A stretch of DNA of 64,000 nt. Origin: Chiloscyllium plagiosum (lineage: Eukaryota). Each line of letters starts with the position of its first letter. The first letter of the stretch is position 1. The notes under the pieces were generated by a model. The model worked only from the letters and a program-made list of their open reading frames with translations. It searched no databases and was not told the DNA's origin. The position numbers and the translations under genes were made by a program. This document shows, one piece after another, positions 35,865-49,391 of the stretch. The stretch lies in NCBI RefSeq assembly GCF_004010195.1, contig NC_057751.1:4596161-4660160 (forward strand). The letters run 5' to 3'.

Positions 35865-37243
35865 AGTACGGGATTGGGAATGTGAGGGCCGGAATGTGGA
35901 AGTGAGAATGTAAGCATCGAATCGGGGATGTGAGGGTCGGAATACAGGAGTGGGGATGTGAGGGTTGGATCAGGAATATGACGTTCGGAATACGGGAGTG
36001 GGGATGAGAGGATCGGAATATGGGATCCAGTATGTGAGGATCGGAGTATGGGATTGGGGATGTGAGGATCGGTTTGGGGATAAGAGGGTGAGAATATGGG
36101 AGTGGGGATGAGAGGGTCGGAATATGGGATCGAGGATGTGAGAATTGGATCGAGAGGTGACGGTCGGAAAACAAGAGTGGGGATGTGAGGATCGGATTGG
36201 GAAAGTGACAGTCGGAATACGGGAGCGGGGATGTGAGGGTAGGAATACGGGATCAGGGATGTGGNNNNNNNNNNNNNNNNNNNNNNNNNNNNNNNNNNNN
36301 NNNNNNNNNNNNNNNNNNNNNNNNNNNNNNNNNNNNNNNNNNNNNNNNNNNNNNNNNNNNNNNNNNNNNNNNNNNNNNNNNNNNNNNNNNNNNNNNNNNN
36401 NNNNNNNNNNNNNNNNNNNNNNNNNNNNNNNNNNNNNNNNNNNNNNNNNNNNNNNNNNNNNNNNNNNNNNNNNNNNNNNNNNNNNNNNNNNNNNNNNNNN
36501 NNNNNNNNNNNNNNNNNNNNNNNNNNNNNNNNNNNNNNNNNNNNNNNNNNNNNNNNNNNNNNNNNNNNNNNNNNNNNNNNNNNNNNNNNNNNNNNNNNNN
36601 NNNNNNNNNNNNNNNNNNNNNNNNNNNNNNNNNNNNNNNNNNNNNNNNNNNNNNNNNNNNNNNNNNNNNNNNNNNNNNNNNNNNNNNNNNNNNNNNNNNN
36701 NNNNNNNNNNNNNNNNNNNNNNNNNNNNNNNNNNNNNNNNNNNNNNNNNNNNNNNNNNNNNNNNNNNNNNNNNNNNNNNNNNNNNNNNNNNNNNNNNNNN
36801 NNNNNNNNNNNNNNNNNNNNNNNNNNNNNNNNNNNNNNNNNNNNNNNNNNNNNNNNNNNNNNNNNNNNNNNNNNNNNNNNNNNNNNNNNNNNNNNNNNNN
36901 NNNNNNNNNNNNNNNNNNNNNNNNNNNNNNNNNNNNNNNNNNNNNNNNNNNNNNNNNNNNNNNNNNNNNNNNNNNNNNNNNNNNNNNNNNNNNNNNNNNN
37001 NNNNNNNNNNNNNNNNNNNNNNNNNAGTGGGGGATTCGGGATGTGAGGGTCGGAATAGGGAGTGGGGATGTGAGGGTTGGAATATGGGAGTGGGGATGTG
37101 AGGGTCAGATCAGTGTCGTGGGGGTCGGAATACGGGAGTGGGGATGTGTGGATCGGATCGGGGATGTGAGGGTTGGAATATGGAATCGGGGATGTGTGGA
37201 TCGGATCGGGGAGGTGAGGGTCGGAATACAGGATCGGGGATGT
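35865..37243. repeat. G-rich ~28 bp minisatellite spanning gap 36265-37025
   Basis: Unit approx gggagtggggatgtgagggtcggaatac on both sides of the gap. Confidence 0.9.
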
Positions 37244-38509
37244 GTTGCTACATTGTGCAGAGCAATGTGACAACACAGCTGTTTGCAGTTTCCATTGCCT
37301 TATTGAAGGAAGGATAGTGTTGCTGTGGGAGAGGACAGTGAAGGTTCCCCAGTATGATTCCGAGGATGGCAGAAGCAACACCTGAAGAAAGACTGGATCG
37401 GTTTGGGCTCTCTGGAGTTGAGAAGAATGAATTGAGTAAACTTTGAGCAGGACTGCACTGGGTAAAGGCAGGAAGAAAGCTCCCATTGATGAGCGAGTCC
37501 ACAACTAGGTGGTGCTGATGGAGGGGGGGGCGGGAGTTATGCTCTAAGGTCACAGGGTAGGCCATTCAGGACTGAACTGTGGAGAAATGTCTTCACCCAG
37601 AGAGTGGGGGGCCTGTGGAATTCACTGTCACTGAAAGTGGTTAGATCTAGTTCCTTGGGATGAAGGATAAAGGAGTGTGGGGAGATAATGGAAACAGGGG
37701 GACTGAATTGGATGGTCTGCCCTGGTCATACTGAATGACAGAGCAGGCAGGAGCCCTGTGAACGGTAAGTTCAAAGGGCTGAATGGCCTACTCCTGTTCT
37801 GATATTCTAAATTTCCCAATGCTTCTCTTAAAGATCACAGTGACCATGTAACTTTCTATTGATCCAGCTCTCGGGAGGCTCTCTCATGTCACATCATGTC
37901 ACATCCTCTGTCATTTCATACCTTCACTGTGAACCATTTATACTCCCCGTGCACCGCCACCTCATCAGTGACTCCACTTAAAGCACAATTTACCTGCTCA
38001 TTGAAGAAAAACAATTGTGAAGTCCTCAGGCACAACATTTTTGTGCAGAGGCGATCAGACTAAGCTCAAGAGCAGTCCTGTCTGAACAAAGAAAGAGGAG
38101 AGGCTAAAATGGGGATCAGTCCTGTCTGTAAGGTTAGCTCTGATACCACAGCATTGCTTGGCAGGGTCTGACCAGCACATGGCTGAGGGAGTGCTGCAGT
38201 ATTGGAGGTACTGTTCCCACACCAGGTACCAGTCTGATTCTCACCTGCCTTTCCATTTGGGTATCACAGCTCCCACATTCACAGAAGAATTCCCAGCTGA
38301 CTGGCTGTTATTTACTTGCTCGGGAGCTTTCTGTGTGCCAAAATGGTGCTTCACCTCTCTCCATGCCTGCTTTGACCACACTTCCAAGGAATATCCTGTG
38401 AGTCAGGTCACATTTCAGCTCATCAGAGAATGGCAACATAAAGTACATATCCACAAATAAATCCTTCTTGCACAGAGCTGACTGCAACGATGGGCTAACT
38501 TTGTAGAAT

Positions 38510-38860
38510 AGATTGGGTTGGGATATCTGGTCAGCATGGACAGGTTGGACCGAAGGGTCTGTTTCAGTGCTGTACGTCTCTATGACTCTAGGACTAAATT
38601 TTTCCCATCTCTGGCAACTGACTGTGTGGAGTTTGCACATTCTCCCCATGTCTGTGTGGGTTTCCTCCGGGTGCTCCGGTTTCCTCCCACAGTCCAAAAA
38701 TGTGCAGGTCAGGGTGAATTGGCCATGCTAAATTGCCCATTGTGTTAGTGAAGGGGTAAATGTAGGGGAATGGGTCTGGGTGGGTTGCTCTTCGGAAGGT
38801 CGGTGTGGACTTGTTGGGCCGAAGGGCCTGTTTCCACACTGTAAGGAATCTATCTATCTG
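38510..38860 (+). mobile_element. CR1 tail fragment followed by V-SINE/HE1-like SINE
   Basis: ggaccgaagggtctgtttc tail, then tgtgtggagtttgcacattctcccc...ggtttcctcccacagtcc core and (tatc)n tail. Confidence 0.85.
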
Positions 38861-41419
38861 TCTACGTCCTTCAAACTGGGATTGAACAAGATCTAAATCT
38901 GCCAAAAGGTCTCCCTCTGTTGGAGAAGGATTGCAAATGCAGTAACTCGAACATTCCCACCACTGAGGTAGTGCCCAGTGCCGTTTCTCCCTTGTAAAGA
39001 TGGTGCTGAGCATTGCTTTCCCATCCACTACTAATTTGATTTTCCACTCTGCACTTCTGGTTTTCACAGGGGTGAAGCAGGAAGGGAGAGAGGGAATCAT
39101 GTCTTGGGCTTGCTTGACTTCTTGATGCTGGTGTAATGGGTTCAGTGTGATCAACGACACAGTCCAACATCACAGGACAACTCGTTATCAGCACTCGGAA
39201 CAGCTATCAGTTCCTCAACCTGTTTTTCTGAAAAACCAAGATGGACTGCTTTGCCTTGGCAGAGGGGCCTGCGAGGAGTCTGGATGGTGGGAGATGGATT
39301 CACACATTTCTGCAGATGTTTGTGACTCAGAAAGGGAAAGGCCAGAGAAAATATCTCGTACTTGCTCTACACGTCTTGACAAAACTTTTGCTGTTTTTTG
39401 TACAGTTTCTGTTACTTTTGGAGGGGCTGTGGACGTCATTGACTAGAACAGCATTTATTACCCATCTCTAATTGCCTGGAGTGTGATGAAGACACAACTA
39501 TATTGCTGTGGGTCTGGAGTCACATGTAGGCCAGACCAGGTAAGGATAGTAGATTTCCTTCCCTAAAAGACATGAGTGAATCGGATAATAATGGATAATG
39601 GTTACACAGTCACCATTAGACTAGCTTTTAATTCTAATGCTTATTAAACGCAAATGCTCCCTCTGCCACAGTCAGATTTGAACCCATGTTTCTAGATATT
39701 AGCTTGGAGTTATATGTTACGTTTGTTGTGAAATTAGAACTGACACTAAAAATGCAGGAATGTTCTGTTTGATTGGCTGGTGGATACTGATTCAATGGTA
39801 GCTTTCAAACCGGAATCCAATAGACACACAGCAATGTTAAATTGATGGGATATGGGGAAAGAACAGGGCAGTGGGATTCACTACAATGCTTTTCGAACGA
39901 GGCAACACCAACTCAATGGGCCAAATGGTCTCCTGCTGTGCTGTTCTATAGCCTGCAGTAACTGCAATGCCTGAGGTTCCAGGAGCGGATTATGTGAGAG
40001 GACGGACAGTTGGGCAAACGTAATTAAATCTTGCAATAATTCGCCATCAAATCAATGCCTCGACCAGCCGCCAAACAGATATCAACATCAAGCAAGTCTC
40101 CTGAGACTATCCAAACAACAGCGTCAATAAAATATCAAGAAATCCTTTAAACTGGTCATAAATTTCCATCTCTCTTTGAATTTAGCAAGCAACTGGAGGA
40201 GGGCAAGGCTCCCATTTGTAAGGGTTGACAGCACATTATGACAGATTTATTACAGTTGATTACAAGTTCACACAGCTCCGCTCCAAAATAACACAAGGAC
40301 ATTTCAGCAACATGTGCTGGACAGAAGGATCTTTCCTGTGTGGAAGTCACGCTGCAGCTTTTGAAATGCTTAAGGTCAGCCAAAGCATGACGTACAAGCA
40401 ATGTCCTGCTCACCGTGTCTTTCTGATTGTGTTCGCCTGTGCTTGGAAAAAAATAAAAATTGATGCAATAAAAATATTTTATCTCTCCACTGTGTATTTT
40501 ATCAGTGAGGGAATATATAGGCATCTGGTTTCAGTTCTGATGAGTCCCTATATTGTTGACCTTTCTGAGATATTAGCATGGAATCCAGATGGAAAGTGCA
40601 AGATGAGTTGGATTCAAAAATCTTGTATAAATATTATTGTTTGGCAGCTAGCAGGAAGAATGCAGCTCCTCTTATTAAATGTGGCTTATGGTTTTAACCA
40701 TGTGTCACTTGGGGGGAAAATAACAAACTCGAAACAAAGGCCATGCGCGTCACAATATCGTAATGCTCAAGTGGAGAGAGTTCCACCCCAGACCTAATCA
40801 TCTTCAGGACAGCTATATAGACACGTATACAATGTGGGGCTGAGACACACATGCAGCATAGCCGCAGAGATCTGCAACTTCCACGGGATAGGTATGGCTC
40901 CAGAAGTTGTCATTTGTATAGGGTGTGAGGGGCTGAGAAAGGAAGGGTCTGTTTGGAGAGTGCACCGTCTGTGAAATGCAGCAGGAAGCTGTGCAATCCA
41001 GTCCTTGCCACAGCTCTGCAACATGGTAACCTTGTGCAACTCGCCCAAGCTCGTCTCCCTTATAGCCAGCAAAAATCGACATCAGGGGACCACTGAAAGG
41101 ACCATCGACGCTCTGATTCCTTGACACGTCACATGGTGGAGTTTCACAAATGCTTGGCCAGCTCACCAGGCAGCAGCAGGTCCACATTACCCACAACACC
41201 CTCTGAGGTCCACTGGGGCTTGACATCCATGTTGTGTCAATTCATTGAAACATTAGTGATCCTTTACCAATGGTGATCTCAGAGTGATGGACCCGTGTGG
41301 TGCTCTCCATCAAAGTGGAAACACCTTTACTACACACCCCCAACTCCTCCCCACTGTAGTCAGACCCCAACGTGACTTGAAAGGAAGAATAACTGAAGGA
41401 TATGGGCTGAGAGCAGAAG

Positions 41420-42120
41420 TCATAGAGTCATAGCATCACACAGCACGGAAACAGACCCTTCGGTCCAACCAGTCCGTGCTGACTATAATCCCAAACTAAA
41501 CCAATCCCATCTGCCTGCTCCTGGCTCATATCCCTGCAAATATTTCTTATCCATGTCCTTATCCAAATTTGTTTTAAATGCTGTAACTGTCCCCGCATCT
41601 ACCACTTCCTCCACAAGTTCATTCCACACACAAACCACTCTCTGTGTAAAAGAATTGGCCCTCATGTCTTTCTTAAACCTTTCTCCTCTCACTTAAAAAT
41701 ATGCCCCCTCGTCTTGAAATCCTCTATCCCAGGGAATAGACAACTGCCATTCACCTTATCTATACGTCTTATGATTTTATAAATCTCTATAAGGTCACCT
41801 CTCAACCTCCTACGTTCCATGAAACAGGTCCCAGACTATCCAGCCTCTCCTTTTAGCTCAAACCCTCCATTCCCAGCAACATCCTGGTAAATCTCTCCTG
41901 AACCCTTTGCAGCTTTAATGATATCCTTGCTCTAACAGGGAGACCAGAACTGGAGACAGTACTCCAGTGGAGGCCTCACGAACATCCTGGACACCCTCAA
42001 CACAATGTCCCCATTCCTATATGCGTGAACAATGAAAGCAAGCATGCTAAATACTTTCTTAACCACCTTATCCAAACGTGATCAAAACTTCAAAGAATTA
42101 TGTCCCTGAACTCTAATGTC
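41420..42120 (-). mobile_element. CR1-type LINE 3' portion
   Basis: ORF 41483-41692 FTQRVVCVWNELVEEVV...; upstream LEYCLQFWSP-like coding. Confidence 0.88.
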
Positions 42121-42519
42121 TCTTTAATTGTATAAGTTTGTTTTTCCAAAATGTAACACCTCTTATTTATACAAATGAATCTGCCACTCTTTAGTCCACT
42201 AACACAACTGATCAAGACCTCTTTGTAATGGGCTGCAACTGGCACCGGTCTTTGCTCGGGTCCCGCGGGAAAATAATTATAAGGAAAACTGAACACATGA
42301 AACAGGAGGCACAGTGAGCGCCCCTGCTGGTGCAGAGGTAGTGCCTTTACTTTTGGGCTAGAAGCTCTGGGTTCAAGTCCCACCTGCTCTAGAACTGTGC
42401 TGGAATATAGATGTCCAGGCTGGTTCAAAATATCTAACTGCTTGGGGCCCCTTACTTGCAAGAGAAGGGGTCAGTCCTTGCAAAGTGTCCATGAAGCAAC
42501 ACCAGGCTCTAACACAGAC

Positions 42520-42930
42520 ATTGGTTTGATTTATTATTGTCACATGTACCGAGATACAGGGAAAAGTTTTGTTTTGTTCGCAGTACAGACAGGTCATACC
42601 ACACAAAGATCACAGGGTGATTGAACGGAGTGAGAAATACAATGTTCCAACTGCAGAGAAGGGGCACAAAGAGAGAGATCGACATTAAACTTAAAATTTG
42701 AGAGATTCGCTCCGAATTGAAATAACAGCGGGGAAGAAGCTGTTCTTGAACCTGTTGGTACGTGTGTTTAAGCTTTTGTATCTTCTGCCTGGCGGAAGAG
42801 AATGGAAGAGATGATAACCGGGGTGGGAGGGGTCTTTGTTGATGGTGGCAGCGGGGAGTGTAGATGGAGCCAATGGATGGAAGGTTGGCTTGTGTGAAGG
42901 ACTGAGCTGTGTACACGACTCTCCACAGTA
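42520..42930 (-). mobile_element. Rex1/Babar-like LINE 3' end
   Basis: INKDPSHPGYHLFHSLPPGRRYKSLNTRTNRFKNSFFPAVI, tail gtgacaataataaatc. Confidence 0.8.
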
Positions 42931-43183
42931 TTCCGAGTGGGATCATGATCCATGATTTTGGGATCACAAGCTTTGAGGCAGTGATGGTTGCTATGGACCT
43001 CAGGTTGAACTCCCACACTCTCAGGCTTGTGGTGGCTTTCTCTGGTGGTGGGCATGTTATGGTTATGGTGCAGAATGAAACCATTCAGCCTCTCCCACTA
43101 TGTCACTGACCAAAACAGTTCCAAACTCCTGTCTTTTCCATGGAACCCTGCATCTGCAAAGGATCAGCCAAAGCCTCCAACGA

Positions 43184-43684
43184 GGACAGGCAGGAGGCTG
43201 GAAGAACACAGCAAGCTGGGCAGCACCTGGAGGTGGAGAAGTCAACGTTTTGGGTGTGACCCTTCTTCAGGACTGGGGGGTGGGTGTAGAGGGAGCTGCA
43301 GATAAAGGGGGTGATGGGGAAGGGCTGTGGGTAGGGAGAGGGGTGGGATGGTAAGTCAGGGGTAGGTAGAAGGTATAACCTGGTTGGTCGATGGGAGGGA
43401 TGAATGTGGTTAGTGGCTGGAAGGAAGGGTTGATGAGAGGAATAGAAGGGAGGGGGAGGGATTGGGAAGGGATTCAGGAGATGGGAAGGAAGGTAACTTG
43501 AAATTGGAGAACTCCATGTGGTGCCCTCCTTTGATCTGCAGCCAGTCCTGAAGAAGGGTTACACCCGAAACGTTGACTTCTCCACCTCCAGGTGCTGCCC
43601 AGCTTGCTGTGTTCTTCCAGCCTCCTGCCTGTCTACTCTGGATTCCAGCATCTGCAGGGTTTTTTGTCTCTAGCTGAGGAAATT
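43184..43684 (-). mobile_element. Penelope-like element with inverted pseudo-LTRs
   Basis: Arms 43185-43276 / 43542-43633; spacer carries ORF end MEFSNFK and a pyrimidine tract on minus; possible TSD cctccaa(c/t)ga 43174-43183 / 43685-43694. Confidence 0.85.
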
Positions 43685-46600
43685 CCTCCAATGAAGCAGT
43701 GCCCACCACACTTGCAAGTCTTCCAACACTGAACCAATGCCAGATTCTTGCTAAAATTAAATTCTTGGAAAGATTTTTATTTAATCTTTGGAGAAAGCTG
43801 TCCAAATTGAACACCTCCAATAACCCTTCCCAACCACACCACTTGGCCCAGCAAGTATTGGACACCCCAAATTTCCACTCTGTGGGGTCATGCTGTGAAT
43901 GTTTTACCAGCCCCTTGAACCATGGCTGATCTGTTTGCACTTTGAATCCTACATCCCCACCTATGTCCTGATCGCTTTGATCCCTTTGCCTAACAAGAAT
44001 GGGAGCCACTGCCTTGAGACAGGGAGTTGCAAAGTCAAACAGATTTCCAAAAGAAATTCTCCTCATTGTCACTCACTGTCATGGGTAGGAGCCCCTGAAT
44101 TCTCAAACAGTGCCCCCTCCGTCCCCAGTTTTGGTCTGACCCAGAAGAGGAAATGTCCCTCTCATCAAGATATTGACAAGTCTGGGTCACCAAGACAGGT
44201 GCAGGTTCGGCCCAACAATGATGTGAAAGTGTTGAAAAGACAGCCTGTGGCTGGAGGCAAAGACAGTGGCATTAATCCTCTCATCGCATGGCTTGAGGAG
44301 CTGTATCTTATCCAAGACTGGATGGTGATTGCGCCATCTGAGAGTAAAGAGGGAAGTCTGAACCACTCCTGATCTTTCTGACCGAAGTCCTACATCCTGG
44401 GTCTCCTGCTCATCTTGGGGATAATGTTGACCACCCTGATGGTCAGCAGCAGTTATCACAATCAGGAACATCATGTTTCAGACAGCAGTCTTATCTCACC
44501 GACACTGACTTGGTGCAACCTACCCCAAGCACCATCGCTGAACATGGGTGGCATCATGGTAGCAGTGTGGGGTTAGGAAGAGAAGTCATTGGTGGAGATG
44601 GCTTGTGGTTGTGTATAGCTTTGGCTCAGTCGTCATGATGGTGAAACTGGGCTCGAAGGTATTGATGGACAGACCGAGCATTTCTTTCAAGAAAGGAGGA
44701 CTGCTCCAGCTACAAGGTGACTGCGGATGTGAGCTGACTCAATGTCCAGCAGAGTCCTGCACAGACCCGTAGGATATCACACCGGTACACAGTCAGGGTA
44801 ACTTCAGAAAGAAAGCCTAAAAACACAAGAGAAAGGTGACCCATCTTGCTATGATGAACCAAAGAGGGAGGGGGTAGGCAAATAGAGAAAGGCAGCCAGT
44901 TCCTCCCCTCTTGCCTGGGATCCTCACAATTTGGGAAGGTGTCTGTTGGAACTGGAATCATTTGGTAGAAACACTCTGTCCCCACATTTATCAGATCACA
45001 GAGGGGTCACCACACAGAGAAGGCCATTCAGCCCTTCTTGTCTGCAGTGACTCTTCAAATGACCATATTGCCAAATACCTATCTCCCTGTGCAGCATGTC
45101 TATCCACATAACCATTCAATATCCCTCTTTCAATGCCTCAATTGAAGCTGCCTTCACCCCATTTCCAGGCAGTCCATTCTACATCCTATCTCCCTCTTTT
45201 TCTCACATTGCCCTTGCTTCATCTGCACACCACTTTCCACTCTGTCCCTCTTGTTTGCTTCATTATAATGAACGGGAACAATTATTCCAAATCTACTCTT
45301 GTCAGTCTGCATCCGATTTTGAAAACCTCTATCATATCACCTCTCCTCCTTCTTATCTTTGCGTAAAACAGTCCCAATTTCCTCAATCTATTCCTTATCA
45401 CTGAAGTTGCTTGTCCCTGCATTTTACTCTTCTTCACATTTTTCCAACAATAGGGAGCTCCAGCTGAGGTCTCCATTTTCAGTTGTGGCAATCTATTGTG
45501 GAGAATCATTGATTGGGTGACCTTGCCTGTGACTGAGTGCCATGAGGATGAAGGTAGCAGAGAGTTCCGAAAGCTCTGGGAGGTGGGTTCTGCTGGAGAT
45601 GGGAGTTGGCATGAGAATGGAGACATTGGGGCTGCTCAGCGATGGTGATGATAGTGCTTAGGGCAGCTCAGCAGTCGGGTGCAGATGGGGGCTGGGGGAG
45701 GGGGCAGGTCTGGCTGGCAAAGGGACAATTGTGAGCGTCCATGTGCACAAGAGCCAAGGAGGTGCTGTGATGCACCTCAAACTGCCATACAAACAACCTG
45801 CCTTCGAGGACAGAATCGGCTAGTGGGGCAGGAACCACCTGAGCAGAAGGTATCAGCCAGCCTCAAGGTGACCGATGTGGAGATTTCACATTTGGTGGTT
45901 GGGAGCACATTCCAGCTGCAAGGAGCAGCCTGGAGGGATGTTGATAGTGGAGGTTTCGCGCCACATACACTCCTTTGGTGCACAGACTGACCTTGCTCTC
46001 TGGTGATTTTCCTGAAACCTTCCATTTCCATGCTGAGTGGGCACTGCACAAAGTGATCACTGATCCAACCACACCCAAAAGCCTCTTCTCATTCTGTCCA
46101 CAAGGTTTCTTGTTCATAAATCTATGGCTGGAAATTCACAGAACTTGGACATTACTGCGTGAGTGTGAGCCTGGGAGCTGATACATTTGCTCAATCTTTC
46201 AAAGCACTTCCGGGGGAGGTGCAGTGGTGTCACGGCAATATCACCTGACCAGTAACGTAGACCCCCCAAGCTAACACTGTCGGTAACACTGGCTGCAGGA
46301 GCTTTCAGATGGTGGGTGTGAACCAAATAGCTACCCAGCTTGCTGGTTGTCTGGGATACATACCCCATGGCACTGTCTGGAAGAAGAGGCAGGGAACGAG
46401 TATTGCTGGTGTTGTGACTAATATTAAACCACAATCAACATCAGAAAGAACAGAAAGAACATACACATTATGACACATCTTTTGGGAGCTTGCTGTGCAC
46501 TAATTATCTGCCACATATTGACATTCCAACATTGACTGCAATTACAAAGCACTTTATCAGCTCTGAGGCACTCTGAGGTCCTCAGTTGCGAAAGGTTCTA

Positions 46601-48167
46601 CAGAAATGCAAGTCTCTCTTTTGCAGGCATTATTTTCCCAAAGCCAAGTTTCAACATTTTGCAAACTCTTCCATGTGCAGTAGCCCAGATGTGCAACACA
46701 GTTGTTAACCTGGAGAGAGTTTTAATGTCAAAACCATACCTCTGTTAAAATAAGCACTCACTCACTGATCTGAGCATTACAAATCTCGAAACATGTTCAA
46801 GTGGTGCCCCACTGGAGGACAGCAAAGTGCATTTTATTCATGTTCCACAGCTGGCTGCCGCTTTAGAGATCAAATACAATTCCTCACTGCAAATTGCTTT
46901 ACAACTGCTGGAATTTTGCTTGAACCAGCATATCGGTGCTTGTTTTTAGAAATCCAGATTCTACCTTTCCTCAGAAGACCTGCCAGGACAAGTGAAAAAT
47001 CTGCTACTACTCATTTCTGCCACAATCTGGTCACTTTCAGAAGCCATTCTCTTCCCAAAGGGGTCCACACTCTGAAATTCCCAAAGACTTGAATTCTGCC
47101 TCCAGTGTCTTCCGTTCCTGCCAGTGGATGTGGATTGGTGCCAAATTCAGCGGACCCATCCTGAGAAAAACACTCACCTTCTGACACTCGAGCGATTCTT
47201 GACGATTTCTTTGCGTCAGTATGGAGATCTTCATGTGGTCGCACTGACCACTACTCCAGCTGGCTTCACTGCATCAGGCACTGGTCTGGTTTCAGTCTCG
47301 ACCAGCTCTCTGCAGTCAGACGTGGACAACCAGTTTGTGCTCGAGGTTCGACCACCATCCCTCACGACTTCATTCTCCTGTCTAATTCCTGACCATGATT
47401 ACCTGCGATTGATTACCCACCTCCCCCTTCCCTCAAACCTTTCGATAGAGATACACACTCAGCTTCTCCCCATCTCATCCTTCCTTTCCGAATCTGTGGG
47501 CCTCCAGTGTGTGTTGAGAATCGCCTGCGCCTTCCATTTCTTCAGGCAGTACCCGGATGATTTGAAGACCATTATTTTCACCTCCTCCTGAAAAACCAAC
47601 TCTATGTTTTCACCCTTGCCACCTTCAAAATTCATGTGTTTTCCTGAAAGCGCAACATCACGTGGCCATGAACCTCACATTCATTTCTCATCAAAAAAGA
47701 ATCCAAAGCAAGGTCAGCAAGATATCAGAACCTCTGCCACTGTTTCTATGTTCAGTCTTTTGATTTAAGCAGCATCCTCGGGTGCTCATGCTCCACCATC
47801 GAGCTTCCTGGGACTGCCCTTGCATGGTCTCTTCCTGACCTATCCAAACCGGAGTTTGATGATGTTCAGTCATGGCGTCTTTTCACACCAAACGCACAAA
47901 TCCTCCCATCCTCTTCCTGAACAAAACACAAGTTCTACTCAGTTCCACTGTCTATCTACAAGCAAGCAGTCAGCTTTCCTGTCTTCACTGATGACCCAAA
48001 GCTGTCACTGTCTGCTAGCTCACTGACCGTCTCTGATCAACTGAGCTGTCTCTTGGTGACACCCAGGCTGCAATATTTCCTCGATTCTCAGTAAGAGAGA
48101 GAAAACTTCTGATAGCATTTACAGCAAAGATTCCTCATTGGAAATCAATATCATATCCTTCCTGAGA

Positions 48168-48555
48168 TTGGAGAGGCTGAACAGGCTGGGGCTGTATTCC
48201 CTGGAGTGTCGGAGGCTGAGGGGTGACCTTATAGAGGTTTATAAAATCATGAGGGGCATGGGTAGGGTACTTGATCAAGGTCTGGGGTGGGGTAATCCAG
48301 AACTGGAGGGCATAAGTTTAAGATGAGAGTGGAAAAATATAAAAGGGTTCGAAGCAGCAACCTTTTCACGCAGAGGGTGGTACGTGTATGGAATGAGCTG
48401 CCAGAGGAAGTGGTGGAAGCTGGTACAATGACAACATTTAAAAGGCATCTGGATGGAGATATGAATAGGGAGAGTTTAGAGGGATATGGGTTAAGTCTGG
48501 TCGGTGTGGATGAGTTGGACCAAATGGTCTGTTTTTGTGCCGTACAGCTCTATGA
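48168..48555 (+). mobile_element. CR1-type LINE 3' end
   Basis: ERLNRLGLYSLECRRLRGDLIEVYKIMRG; FTQRVVRVWNELPEEVV. Confidence 0.9.
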
Positions 48556-49322
48556 CCACTCTGTTGAGCTCCACCTCAGTATGATCTTCAATCTGAAGGT
48601 TACTTTCAATCTTCATCTCTCTTCTAAGAACAAGGTCTCTCGATTTGCCTGCCTCCCCATGCACTCTCATTCTGCCTTTGTTCCCTCTTCGTTGAGGAGG
48701 GATGTAGTTGCATTGCACTCAGTTCAGAGGAGGTTCACCAGATTGATTCCAGAGCTCAGGGGCTTGCCTTCTGAAGAGAGATTGTGCACCTTAGGCCTAT
48801 ACAGGCAGCCCTAGGGCTGTGGACAGGCTCATTCCTGGAGGTGATTGACAAGTTCATTTGTATACTAGTTGGAACACCAGACAGGACAATATCAAGCAAC
48901 TGTTGGTAAGTTCAGGAAATGTTCATATGTCAGCTCTTTAACATGACAACCCTGCATAGGACTGTGCTTGTAAGAATGAACATTCATATGTGTATCAGGG
49001 ACCCGCTTTGATGGGTTTGGAACAAAGAGAGGAGATCTGACTGAGGTACATAAAATTCTAAAGGTGATTGACCAAGTGGATGTTTCCTCTAGAACGAGAG
49101 GTCATCATTTTCGGAGAAGGGGCAGCAGATTTAAAACGGAGATGAGGATAAATCTCCTCTTTCAAAGGACTGTGAATATGTGCAGTGGATGCTAGGACAA
49201 TGAATAAATTTAAGGACAAAACAGAGAGAGTTTTGACGATTTCTGGCTTGACGGGCTATGGGAAGAGGGTGGGACAGTGGAGCTCGGACTGAGAGGAGAT
49301 CAGCCATGATAGGATCAAATGG
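48356..49322. repeat. Right copy of ~970 bp inverted duplication (partner 21233-22207)
   Basis: Near-identical reverse complement, one 8 nt indel and scattered substitutions. Confidence 0.95.
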
Positions 49323-49391
49323 TCTACCCCTGCTCTGAGTTCTTTTACAATGTGATAATGATCAGATTCTTGTTTTGTTAATTGTAGTAGA

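Noticed and set aside
35756..37504. Long ORFs through N runs (also 57378-58431, 8597-9455)
   Set aside because: Length is an artefact of assembly gaps.
39215..40797. ORFs of 74-190 aa in unique sequence
   Set aside because: No recognisable domain or consistent exon structure.
43899..44700. Hydrophobic stretch ILGLLLILGIMLTTLMV and possible decayed coding DNA
   Set aside because: Interrupted by stops; no family could be assigned.
21233..49322. Giant DNA transposon (Polinton-like) with ~1 kb TIRs
   Set aside because: No TSD, the repeats consist of LINE debris, and no transposase, integrase or polymerase coding was found between them.
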